This document shows positions 52,418-62,570 of a DNA stretch of 64,000 nucleotides, piece after piece. The stretch is from an uncultured Phycisphaerales bacterium (GTDB taxonomy: Bacteria; Planctomycetota; Phycisphaerae; Tepidisphaerales; Tepidisphaeraceae): assembly GCA_963755915.1 (NCBI GenBank), contig CAVWLP010000002.1:1600001-1664000 (forward strand). Reading direction: 5' to 3'. Numbering within the stretch: the stretch's first letter is position 1; each line of letters begins with the position of its first letter. Below the pieces are notes generated by a model, which did not search any database, was not told where the DNA came from, and saw only the letters and a program-made list of their open reading frames with translations. The translations under genes and the position numbers were made by a program.

Positions 52418-54038
52418 ATGCCCAAGGCGGTGAAATTCTTCGGCCTGCTTGGCGGCACCGTTTTGCTGCTGATGATTCTGCGGTGGACGGGCCTTCTGGT
52501 TTTCAATCCGCGCCAAATCTTGAGCATCGGCATTTTTTCAATGTTTATTTTCGGCACGCTGCTCTACGGCGAATTCCGGCTGGCTTTTGCCTTCGGAGGG
52601 ATCGCTCTGCTTATGGCGTGCAGCCTGCTGACGGTCGATCGCTTTACCCAGGCCGCCAGCCTCGATGTGCTGGTATTTCTCATCGGAACATTCCTCGTTA
52701 TCGGCTTTCTCGAGGAAAGCCGATTTTTCGAGCACGTGGTCGGCGCCATCGTCAGCACCGTTGGCCCGCGCCCGCAATTGCTGCTGATCACCATGATGAT
52801 CTTGGCCTCCCTGGCTTCGGCGCTGGTCGGCGAAGTGACGGCCATTCTGTTCATGGCCGGCGCCATGCTGCACCTGACGAATAAATACAAGCTGACGCCC
52901 GCGCCGTTCGTTATCATGCTGGTCTTCGCCTGCAACAACGGGTCGGCGATGAGCTCGGTGGGTAATCCGATCGGTGTGCTGATCGCGTTAAAGACGGGTT
53001 TGAGCTTCACGGATTTCCTGAAAGACGCGGCGCCGATTGCGCTGGTCGTTGACGTGGTGACGTTCGCGATTTGCCGATGGTGGTTCGCAGATGCCTTCGC
53101 CGAATTCGCCGCGGCGGTTCGGAAGGAATTCGCGCTGGCGACGGCGAGCAGAGAACCGGCGATGGCGATCGCGGGGAACGGCGGGGGAGAATTGGCGGAA
53201 TCGGCCGAAGTTGCCGCTGAATCGTCGGCGCTTCCGCGATCCCGATCCCCTCTTTACGCCGGACAATCCCGGCGATCCCGAGGCCAAACGGGCCTTCATT
53301 CTGTCCTGGGCTATTTTGCTTGGGCTGATATTTCTGCTGGTGACGCACCGCCAAAGCGAATCTTTGCTGGGCGAGATTTTCCGCTCGCCGCTTACCGCGC
53401 CGGACGGCTCCATCGTCCGCGGTCCCAATGGCGAGGTTGTTTACGGGCTTCGCGAAGGAACCATGATGGTTGCCGCCGCTTTGATCATGGGCTCCATCGT
53501 GCTGCTTCTGCGGCGGGAAAAAGCGAGGGAAATGGTCGAGCGCAGGGTCGATTGGTGGACGCTGGCTTTTTTCATGATGCTGTTCGCGTCGGTGGGGACG
53601 CTTCAGGACACGGGCGTCACCGAGGTCATCGCGGCGAGACTCAGTGGCGTGCATGGCGGCCACACCGGGGTGATCCAGGTCATCGGGTGGTCAACGGGTT
53701 GGCTGAGCGCTTTTCTCGATAACGTCCTGGCCGTCGCCACGTTCATGCCCGTCGTGCATGACATCCGCATGAAAGCGGGAGTTCCATACTCATCGGCGAT
53801 CTACTGGTTCATGCTCTTCGGCGGGACGTTCATGGGGAACATGACGATCATCGGCTCGACCGCGAACATCGTGGCGTGCGGGCTGCTGGAGCGGCGCGGG
53901 CACGGAACCATCAGGTTCGGTTATTGGATGAAGATCGGATTTATCGTGAGTATCGCGTCGATGATCGTGGCCACGGTATTGCTGCAGATGCAATCCCATT
54001 GGCTCCCCCTCATGGCGCCGCCGCGGGCTGGATCATAA
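52418..54038 (+). CDS. SLC13/ArsB/NhaD-family ion transporter, frameshift ~53240
   Basis: FACNNGS...VGNP, VDW.TL.FF, LSAFLDNV, GGTFMGNMTIIGSTANIV. Confidence 0.85.
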
Positions 54039-54050
54039 CCGGAGGTTTCT

Positions 54051-54389
54051 ATGCAGATGATTATGGCCGTTATAAAACCGAACAAGATCGAGGCCGTGAA
54101 GACGGCGCTGATTAAACTCGGCATCCTCGGAATGACGGCGGTTGAAAGCAAGGGTTTTGCGCGGCAGCTCGGACACAACGAACGGTATCGGGGGCCAAAG
54201 CTGGACGCGGGCTTCGTGCCGAAGGTGTGCCTGCTGATTTGCGTAAATGATTCCGACAAGGATAAAGCGGTCGCTGCAATCGTGGAGTCGGCGCGGACAG
54301 GTCAGGTTGGCGATGGTAAGATTTTCGTCTGGCCCCTTCCGGAGGTCATTCGAATTCGAACTGGCGAACGGGACGAATCGGCGATTTAA
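54051..54389 (+). CDS. P-II nitrogen regulatory protein (GlnB/GlnK family)
   Basis: AVIKP.K, GMT..E.KGF, YRG, ARTGQVGDGKIFV, IRIRTGE. Confidence 0.92.
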   Translation: MQMIMAVIKPNKIEAVKTALIKLGILGMTAVESKGFARQLGHNERYRGPKLDAGFVPKVCLLICVNDSDKDKAVAAIVESARTGQVGDGKIFVWPLPEVIRIRTGERDESAI

Positions 54390-54414
54390 CGGGCCCCAGC
54401 AACCTCGAGCCAAC

Positions 54415-54651
54415 ATGGCTGAAAAGGAGAAGTCACCGTTCGTGAATCCCGGCGTCGATGTGGTGGAATCCCTGCGCCACATCATGGGCGATACCGGCGA
54501 CCTGCAGGAGTCGATGGGGGGTTTTCGCATCAGGGTGTACCACGTTCGCGCCTTCCCCTGGGGTGAGGTTTGCAAGGCGCTTTTATACCGAGATTTCAAG
54601 GTCTACGTTACCCGGCACAAAGCCGACTTGTTCATAGAGGCCGCGCCCTAA
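54415..54651 (+). CDS. Small hypothetical protein
   Basis: Operon-like spacing after P-II; typical codon usage. Confidence 0.55.
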   Translation: MAEKEKSPFVNPGVDVVESLRHIMGDTGDLQESMGGFRIRVYHVRAFPWGEVCKALLYRDFKVYVTRHKADLFIEAAP

Positions 54652-54677
54652 GCAGGCGCCTACAATGAGGAGCTTCG

Positions 54678-54908
54678 ATGTCCCTAACTTGGAAACAGCG
54701 CTATCGGAAGAACTTCTGGATCAACCAGACATTGATCCTGGTCTTCTGCGGATATCTTTCCCTTTTCAGACACATGCCCCTCGCGGGCGTCGCACTTTTC
54801 CTGCTGGTCATGGAACTTGGCGCCTTCGTGGGCGCGATGTGGACAACCCGCCTGGTCGGGAAATTCGACCGCGCGAAACGCGACAAATTCGACCTCAAAG
54901 TCATCTAA
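54678..54908 (+). CDS. Small two-TM membrane protein
   Basis: RBS GAGGAG; two hydrophobic helices. Confidence 0.6.
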   Translation: MSLTWKQRYRKNFWINQTLILVFCGYLSLFRHMPLAGVALFLLVMELGAFVGAMWTTRLVGKFDRAKRDKFDLKVI

Positions 54909-54958
54909 GTGCCTCACATTGTCGTTGACCGGTGGCGGCCTAATGAAAAGGAACTCCC

Positions 54959-57314
54959 GTGCAGATGGATGTCAATCCATCGACCGGCATAGACGTCGCG
55001 CGGCTTCCCGACGCGAGCCATCGGCGCAAAGTAAATGTTCTGGTGGTGAGCAGCGTCGCCCTGGCGTTTATGAGCTTCTGGCGCGCCGCGGCGATCGTCT
55101 TGTGCGATCTCGCTAGCACCGCCTACTACATTGGCGGCATCAGCGAGCAGGCCGTCGGAAAGGCGGCGCCGTGGTTTATCCTTGCGGTGATGCTTTTTGT
55201 GTACCCGGTGACGTCCGTGTACATGGAAAGCTGCACGCTTTTCACGCGCGGCGGGGTTTACAAGGTCGTGAAAGGCGCCGTGGGCGGAGGGCTGGCGAAG
55301 CTCTCCGTCAGCGCGCTGATGTTCGATTACATTCTCACCGGGCCGATCAGCTCCGTGGCCGCGGGGCAGTATCTCGTGGGGCTTTTCGGCGACATGCTGA
55401 AGCTGGCGACTTGGCATACGAATCACCCGATTGTTTTTGACGCGACGACTTATCCCGGCTGGATCAACTTCCTCACGATGCTGATCGCGATCGGGATCAC
55501 GTTCTACTTCTGGCGGACCAACATCATCGGAATTCATGAGTCCAGCGAACGGGCGCTGCGGATCATGCAGGTTACGACGATCATGGGCCTGGTGATTGTC
55601 GCCTGGAGCGCGATGACGATCTGGGCGATGCCGCACGGCACGATCCATCTTCCCCCATTCCATCCGATCTTCACGCAAACGAGCCTCGACCCGGCCAAGC
55701 AGGCATCGTCCGGCTGGCTGGAGCATTTTCCGAGGCTTCTCGGGGCGATCGGGGTATTGATCGCCTTCGGGCATTCGCTGCTGGCGATGAGCGGCGAAGA
55801 ATCGCTCGCGCAGGTGAATCGCGAGATCGAAGCGCCGAAGCTCAAGAACCTGCTTCGGGCTGGAAGAGTGATCGCGCTTTACGCGATTTGCCTGACGGGG
55901 ACCATCAGCTTCCTGGCGGTGCTGATCATTCCCGATGGGAAACGGGTTATCACCCAGATCGTAAACAACGGCACTGCTCACGACTCCGCAGGCACTGGGG
56001 AAATCCTGGTGGGAGGTGGATTATCTGCGCCCCGCGGATCAGCAGCACGCGGCCGACTGGGGATACCTCATGCTGCGAACCGAAGACGCGCACGGGCATG
56101 AAATGCTGGCCCGGACCAACCACCCAATTGTGATCGATCCGCGATGGCAGCACGTCGAACGCGACAACGGCGGATATCGCGACAACCTGATCAACGGGCT
56201 CGTTCACTACCTCGTGGGACCGGCGTGGATCAAGATCGTCATGGAATGCTTCGTGGTGATCGTTGGGTTCCTCATCCTTGCCGGGGCTGTGAACACCAGC
56301 CTGGTGGGGTCCAATGGCGTCCTGAATCGCCTCGCGGAGGATGGCGTCCTCACGCCCTGGTTTCAGCGGCCGCATAAACGATACGGCACGACGAATCGAA
56401 TCATCAACCTTATTGGCGTTGCACAAATTGTCGTCATCATCGCCAGCCTTGGCGATGTCAACACGCTTGGCGAAGCGTATGCGTTTGGAGTCGTCTGGTC
56501 GTTTGTGTTCATGTCGCTGGCGATGGCGGTGCTTCGGTTCCGAATTCGCTCGCCGCGGCAATACAATGTTCCGCTGAACATCAACAAACAAACGCAGCAT
56601 GGGATCGTGCGATTTCCGGTCGGAATTGTCGCGGTTTTCCTGGTGCTTTTCACCACGGCCTGCGTCAATCTGGTCACGAAGAAGACGGCGACGATCTGGG
56701 GGATCAGTTTTACCGCGTTCTTTCTGCTGGCGTTTGTGATTGTGGAGCGGATCACGCATCGCCGGCATGGCGGCAACCATGAACACCTGGAACAATTCAA
56801 CGAAAAGAGCAGCGACGCGGTTTCGGTGGAGGCGCTGGGTCTGACGCACGAGGAGCCGATTCTGGTCGCGGCCCGCGGGCCGCGGAGTCTTCCGATGCTG
56901 GACAAGATTCTTCATGAGGCCGATACCAGCGAGCGCGACGTGGTGGTCGTGACCTGCAAGGTGCTTCCCCCGCGGACGCTTGGGGTCACGGAAAAAGAGA
57001 CGGCCATCGACGATACCGATCGGGAGCTTTTGACGAAGGTCGTGTCGGTGGCGGAGCATGTGGGGAAGCAAGTTTATCCCGTGGTTTTGCCGACCAATAA
57101 TCCGCTGTTTGCGATTGCGACGACGGCGCGGGACCTTGGGGCGACGGAGGTGGTGCTGGGCGTCAGCGAGCAGATGCATGCGGAGATGCAGTTGGAACAA
57201 TTCGCGATTGCCTGGGGAAGCGCGACGGCGGAGCAGCGGTATTCGGAGATTGCCTCGCGGCTTGTAGTGCGGATCATCGGGCCGCAGATGGAGATGAAAT
57301 ATCAGATGGAATGA
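54959..57314 (+). CDS. APC-family permease with C-terminal USP-like domain, frameshift ~56000
   Basis: SFWRAAAIVLCDLASTAYY, GGVY.VV, DYILTG.IS, SGEES, AVNTS, YAFGVVWSF; USP-like ILVAAR...EVVLG. Confidence 0.8.
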
Positions 57315-58068
57315 GGCTTGATGCAGGGTTTGGGGGGTGGGTGTTTCCGCGATCGCGACCACATATTGAGCGGGGTGGATTTCAAAGAAAGTTAGTGGCG
57401 GCAAACGCGTTGATTCCGCTGCGGGGCGGGGGGTTTCGTTACCGTTGACACTTTCGATATTTTTAAAATCGGGGGCGGAGGGTGTACGTGTTTTTTCGCG
57501 GAATGCGACAGGGGGGATTTTTCGGGTTGGTCGGGTTGTGAGATACATGTGCTCCGAAAATAAGGGTCAAATTGCCGGTTCGAGGCCACCCGGCAAACGG
57601 GTTTTCATCCGCTTGGGGTGTCTCAAAAATCATGCTCGTCTATATATAGGTCCAAAGGGTGTACGTTTTGGACCTATTTTGGAGCGGGGTGGGAAGATTT
57701 GTTTGGGGGTGAACAGAAATTCGAAACTCGAAAATCGAATGTTATAATGAGAAGAGTTCGCGGAGGCGTGGAGAATTTTGTTGAGGTTGGGGGGAAGAGA
57801 GGTATAAGGGAGGGGCGGGCCGGAATGTGGAAATCTCGGCGGTGAGATTGGGAATGTGAGATCAAATTTGGGGTGGGTTGAGATTGTTTTGGGGGCGTAA
57901 GATTTTTTAGCGGCGGATGTGGGCGGAATCAGGGGATTCAAAAGAAATTAGATGAGATTGAGGCCGTGTTCAAAGCGCACGGTGATCGCGCGTTAGTAAT
58001 ACGCTTCGCGTCTTTTCGGGAGCTTGTGCTTTTTGCGGGTTTTCGATGGGGCGTTTTTAGAGGCGTTT

Positions 58069-58544
58069 ATGGCTGTTTTGTGGAAAAAACTTCGGCCGGG
58101 GGAGTGGGGGGGCGAGTGGGAGGCGGAGGAGCTGAATGGGGCGGCCGCGGAGGTGGGGGATGGGGTGGTAATTACGAAGGCGGGGGGGGAGAGGGTTTTG
58201 ATCGCGGCGGTGGGGGCGGAGGTTTGGGTGAATGGGGAGCGGGTGGGGCTGGGAATTCGGGTTCTGCGGGATCGGGATGCGATTGGCGTGGGGCCGGGGG
58301 GAATTTTTTCTATTCGAGCGAGAGCCTGGCGCGGGTGGAGCGTTTTTCGGAGGCGCGGGGGGTGGTCTGCGCGGTGTAAGGGTGAGATTTGCGGAGGGGA
58401 TGTGGTGCGGTGCCCGAAGTGCGGGGCGATTCATCATCAGACGGGGGAGTTTTCTTGCTGGACGTATGCGGAGAAGTGCGCCTGTGCGACCAGGGGACGG
58501 GGCTGGATGGGGTTTATCAGTGGATCCCGGAGGGGTTGGAATGA
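58069..58544 (+). CDS. FHA-like + prokaryotic RING-finger protein (candidate E3), reconstructed across ~3 indels
   Basis: VWVNGERV.LGIRVLRDRDAI.VG (FHA-like); CARC...VRCPKCGAIHHQ....CW.....C..C; its stop overlaps the E1 start (ATGA). Confidence 0.65.
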
Positions 58545-59614
58545 GCGGGCAAAATTCCAAATTGAAGGGTGTGGGCGTGATCGGGAACGGGAATGTTGGA
58601 TCGCAGCTGGCGGTGCAAATTGCGCGGAGGGATGACGTTGGGGAGATCGTGCTGTGCGACGATCAGGTTTATACGAACGAGAATGTGCGTTGCCAGGAGA
58701 TTGATCGGGAGGATGTGGGGTTGGCGAAGGCGGAGGCATTGGCGCGGCGGCTGAGGAAGATTCGGGAGAACCTGAAAGTTACGGCGATTGTGGATCGGGT
58801 GGAGAATGTGCCGGCGGGGAGGTTCAAAGAGCATTTGATTGTCGGATGCGTGGACATGAAGCTTTCGAGGGCGGAAATCAATCGGATCAGGTGCCGGCTT
58901 GGATTGGCCTGCCTGGATGTGGCGATTCGGGCGGATGGGTTGCTGGCGCGGGTGGATGTGTATGGAGCGGGGGCTGGGGATGCGTGCATCGAGTGCGCGT
59001 TTACGGAGCGGGATTATCAGCAGATTTCGCGGAGTTATGCGTGCGATGGGGGAGTGAAAGACGCGCCGGCGACGGGGGCGAGCGCGGCGCTGGGGGGACT
59101 GGCGGCGTCGCTGGCGGTGCTGGAGTGCGGGAAAATTCTGGAGCGGGGGATGAGCAGCGATCTGGTGGGGAAGCAGATCGTGATCGAGGCGGAGAGACAT
59201 CACGTTTATGTGAATTCGCTGCGGAGGAATCCTGGGTGCCGGTTTGACCATCGGGTTTGGGAGATTGGGCGGAAGCGGGTGGGAACGCTGGGGGAGATTG
59301 TGGTGGGCGGGCCAAAGAAGGGGATTGCGGTGGAGGGGAAATCGTGGATTACGCGGGTGGTTTGCCGGGGGTGTGGGGATCAGCGGAGGGTGGTGATGTT
59401 GCAGGGGAGGGAGAAGGGAATGGGGAAGTGTGAGAAGTGCGGCGGGGATGTGCAGCCGCTGGGGTTTGGCATGGTGCCGCGGCTGGAAATCTGTGGGGAA
59501 CTGGCGGAGAGGGGGATTGGGGATGTGGGGCTGTTGAGCGGAGATGTTGTGAGCGTGGGGGATGGGGAGGGCGAGGAATTCATCGAACTGGTGGGGGCGG
59601 GGGTGGAAGGGTGA
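58541..59614 (+). CDS. E1-like ThiF enzyme with C-terminal Zn-ribbon/UFD-like extension
   Basis: IGNGNVG, CDDQVYTNENV..Q, G.AKAE, GCVD...R, CIEC, YAC (catalytic Cys candidate), NPGC, CRGC...CEKC. Confidence 0.9.
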   Translation: MSGQNSKLKGVGVIGNGNVGSQLAVQIARRDDVGEIVLCDDQVYTNENVRCQEIDREDVGLAKAEALARRLRKIRENLKVTAIVDRVENVPAGRFKEHLIVGCVDMKLSRAEINRIRCRLGLACLDVAIRADGLLARVDVYGAGAGDACIECAFTERDYQQISRSYACDGGVKDAPATGASAALGGLAASLAVLECGKILERGMSSDLVGKQIVIEAERHHVYVNSLRRNPGCRFDHRVWEIGRKRVGTLGEIVVGGPKKGIAVEGKSWITRVVCRGCGDQRRVVMLQGREKGMGKCEKCGGDVQPLGFGMVPRLEICGELAERGIGDVGLLSGDVVSVGDGEGEEFIELVGAGVEG

Positions 59615-59621
59615 GGATGCA

Positions 59622-60167
59622 ATGGATCGGATCTTTGCGAAATTTCTGGAGAAGCAGTGGGCAGCGGGAATGGAGCTGGCGGCGAGCAGCGATCTGCTGC
59701 GGCTCAAGGCGCTGCGGACTACGGATGGGCCGGCGCAGCATTTCATTGCGCGGTTTTATTGCAAGGGGTTGGTGAAGAATGCGAACGGGGAGGTGGCGAC
59801 GCGGGAGCGCTGGGATATCGGGATTTTTTTCCCAGACGATTATCTCAGGCGAGCGAATACTTTTGAGATTTTATCGTGGCTGTATCCGCGGAATGTTTTC
59901 CATCCAAATATTCTGGTGCCGGCGATCTGTTTGGGGGAGAAGTTTTTCCGGCCGGGGTTGCCGCTGGTGGAGATTTTGTTCCAGGTGCATGGGTTGATCA
60001 CGTATCGGAGGTGGGCGTCTCAGGTGAGTTTGAACGCGGAAGCCGGGCTCTGGGCGGTGAATAACCAAAATCGGTTTCCGGTGGACGATCGGCCACTGAA
60101 GAGGCGGAAGGTGGAGATTCAGGTGGAGGCTTCGGAGCCGAAAGGGGGAAGCCGTGAGATTGTGTGA
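59622..60167 (+). CDS. E2 ubiquitin-conjugating-like enzyme
   Basis: IFFPDDY, VFHPNILVPAICLG, LVEILFQV..LIT, SLNAEA..W. Confidence 0.85.
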   Translation: MDRIFAKFLEKQWAAGMELAASSDLLRLKALRTTDGPAQHFIARFYCKGLVKNANGEVATRERWDIGIFFPDDYLRRANTFEILSWLYPRNVFHPNILVPAICLGEKFFRPGLPLVEILFQVHGLITYRRWASQVSLNAEAGLWAVNNQNRFPVDDRPLKRRKVEIQVEASEPKGGSREIV

Positions 60168-61134
60168 GCAGAGTGAGATTCGGGCGCGGGTGAACAAGGT
60201 TCTCGAAGAGTGGGTTGGGCGCGGGCGTGAAGCTGCCGACGGCCCCCTCCCCTGCCCTCCCCCGGGATACCGGGGGCGGGGGAAAGAGAGGGGTGTGACG
60301 GCAGTGGTGGGAGAGAAGTGGGTGGAGCTGTGCGCGCAGGTTGCGCGGGGGCGGATTCATGGGCTGGCGATCTCGCGGTGTGCGTGGGAACTAGCGCGGG
60401 TGAATGGGGCGCTGAACGGCGCGGCGAAGATCGGGGTGAGGGGAGGGGATGGGTGTGCGGAGATTTTTCGGGAGATTTGGATTGATTCGGAGGAGGGGCT
60501 GGGGCAACGGGTGCGCGAGGGGATGGGGGATATCGAGGAGGTTCAGGGGCGATTGCGGGGGGGTGGGGAGAATGGTTTGTCCGCGCAGGAAGGCGCGAGC
60601 GAGGGGGAAGATTTGGGTGAGATCATTCGGATGGCGGGTTGGAGGTGTAACCTGAGGAGCGAGGGTCGTGTGGCGGTGGAACTGGAGGTGCCGGGGATTT
60701 TTGTGCAGGCGATGGTGCGGGGGGGCAAAAGGATTTACGCGGCGGTGGAGGTGGGGCGGGGGGATTCCGCCGGTGGGGAGACGGCTCGACTGGGCTCGCC
60801 GAAGTCCGGCGGCACTGTTCTTTTGTCGGGGGCGTCGCGAGAGGCGATTGGGGTGGTGCTGCTGCAGGTGTCGGGGAGGGTGCGGTGGGTGCGCGGGGGA
60901 GTTCGGGAGGGGAAGGTCGTGCTGGAAGGGAGTGCCGGGTCGGCAGAGGCGGGGCATCTGTTGTCGGCGCTTTCGGTGGCGGCGGGGATGTCGGTGCGGG
61001 AAGTGGGGGCGCTGGGGGATGAGGAGACGGCAAAACGATTTCTTGCGATGCGAGGATGGTCTTCGCAATCGGCAGAAAGTGTTTCAAGACCAGAGGAGTA
61101 TGCAGATGAGTCAAGTGCAAACGATTTCGTTTGA
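60154..61134 (+). CDS. Hypothetical protein in Ubl operon
   Basis: 326-aa ORF overlapping both neighbours. Confidence 0.6.
   Translation: MRLCEQSEIRARVNKVLEEWVGRGREAADGPLPCPPPGYRGRGKERGVTAVVGEKWVELCAQVARGRIHGLAISRCAWELARVNGALNGAAKIGVRGGDGCAEIFREIWIDSEEGLGQRVREGMGDIEEVQGRLRGGGENGLSAQEGASEGEDLGEIIRMAGWRCNLRSEGRVAVELEVPGIFVQAMVRGGKRIYAAVEVGRGDSAGGETARLGSPKSGGTVLLSGASREAIGVVLLQVSGRVRWVRGGVREGKVVLEGSAGSAEAGHLLSALSVAAGMSVREVGALGDEETAKRFLAMRGWSSQSAESVSRPEEYADESSANDFV
60243..60293. repeat. REP-like palindrome inside CDS
   Basis: CCCTCCCCCGG-GATA-CCGGGGGCGGG; a C-rich patch in strongly G-rich DNA. Confidence 0.55.
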
Positions 61135-61384
61135 GGTGCGCGATGTGAGCGGGCAGAAGTCGGCTCGGGTGAAGGCGTGTCCGGTGGATGCATCGGTGGG
61201 GGAGGTGGTGCCTTCGCTGCTGGAGATGATGCAGCTTCCGCCGAACGATCCGGAAGGGAATCCGGTGAGTCATACGCTGCGGCGGAACCGGGATGGGCAG
61301 GTGCTGCTGGAGTCGGATGTGGTGGGGAGGGTGATCGAGCAGGGGGAGGAGTGTGTGTTGCAGCCCTCGATTGATGCGGGGTGA
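61106..61384 (+). CDS. Ubiquitin-like protein with free C-terminal Gly
   Basis: 92 aa; beta-grasp pattern (FEVRDVSG...PVDASVGEVV..L...MQLP...L.R.RDG.VL...V...I.QGEECVL), ends QPSIDAG; RBS GAGGAG. Confidence 0.8.
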   Translation: MSQVQTISFEVRDVSGQKSARVKACPVDASVGEVVPSLLEMMQLPPNDPEGNPVSHTLRRNRDGQVLLESDVVGRVIEQGEECVLQPSIDAG

Positions 61385-61498
61385 AAATCCGGGGGAACCC
61401 ACGGCGGCGCCGTGGGCGTTCCGGGAAGGGGTGTCTGGCGGGCGTGGGTGATCGCGCCCGGCAGGCACTTTTCAGAGGTTTTTGCGCGAGTGATTGGT

Positions 61499-62570
61499 AT
61501 GCAGGATGAGCGACTTGAATTTGGGCTGGAGCTTTCGCGTCGGGCGACGGGGGAACTTGTCGGGCGTGCGGCGGTGAAGGTGGATTGGGCGCCGGTGGAA
61601 GAGCATTTGATACTCAAGCTGGTGCGCGGGGGGAGCTGGAGGATTTTGATGCGGCGGTGGGGGTGACGCTGGAGCCGGTGTGGTCGAAGGAATTGCCGGT
61701 GGTGCGGGGGGTGAAGGCTACGGCAATGGCGCAAGGTGCGGGGTCGGCGTCGATGTTGGTGACGCTGGATTACTTTCGGCCGCTAGCGCAGCGGGCGGCG
61801 AATCGGCTGGTGGAGGTGGGGAAATTGCGGTCGGGGGAATTGTTTGAGTATCGCGTGGTGGCGAAGGAATTTTCGGCGAAAGGGAATGGGAAGCAGGGGC
61901 GGATTGTAATGGAGGCGGGGGCGAAGCCGGTGAATATTCTGCCGGGGCGGATGGATGAAATGATGGGGCGGGCGATTGGGTTTGGGGCGGGGGAGGAGCG
62001 GGATGTGCCGGTGTTTGTGGACTGGGGGGCGCTGGAGGAGGCTTCGGTTTTGACGCGGCAGGCGGGGGAATTGGAGACGGGGGGGATTCTGGTGGGGCAT
62101 GTGCGGAGGGATGTGGAGACGGGGGAGATTTTTCTGGAGGTGACGGCGCAGGTTGCGGCGCGGGCGAAGTCGCAGCTTACGCGGCTAACGTTCAGTCCGC
62201 AGACTTGGACGGAGCTGGAGGAGGGGGTGAAGGCGCGGGGGAAGAATGAGGTTTGGCTGGGGTGGTGGCATTCGCATAGTTTTTTCAAGAATGCGATTGA
62301 GACCGGGGGCGCGGCAGGGGCGGAAGAAGAATATGAATCGCGCGGGTCGCGGGTGGCGCGGGCGTTTTTGAGTGAAGAGGATGTGTTGTTGCACCGGAGC
62401 GTTTTTCCGCGGGCGTACAGCGTGGCGCTGCTATTGACGGATTCGCCGCGGTGGGGGCTTTCGTGGACACTTTTTGGATGGCGGGGGGATGGTGGCGCAG
62501 CGGGGATTTCATGTGGTGAATGTGCCGATGCCGGAGACATTTTTTTCATTGCGAGGTGGGAGTCATGCGA
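61499..62570 (+). CDS. JAB/MPN+ deubiquitinase-like peptidase with N-terminal extension (frameshifts ~61628, ~62485; end approximate)
   Basis: ETGGILVG, LTFSPQTW, LGWWHSH, LSEED..LH. Confidence 0.85.

Noticed and set aside
5227-57314. Mass pseudogenisation or programmed frameshifting of the split genes
   Set aside because: Motifs are intact on both sides of each break, and breaks cluster at GCGC or homopolymers, which points to sequencing error
57320-58060. Replication origin or small genes in the long intergenic region
   Set aside because: No clustered DnaA boxes seen; the ORFs lack RBS or motif support
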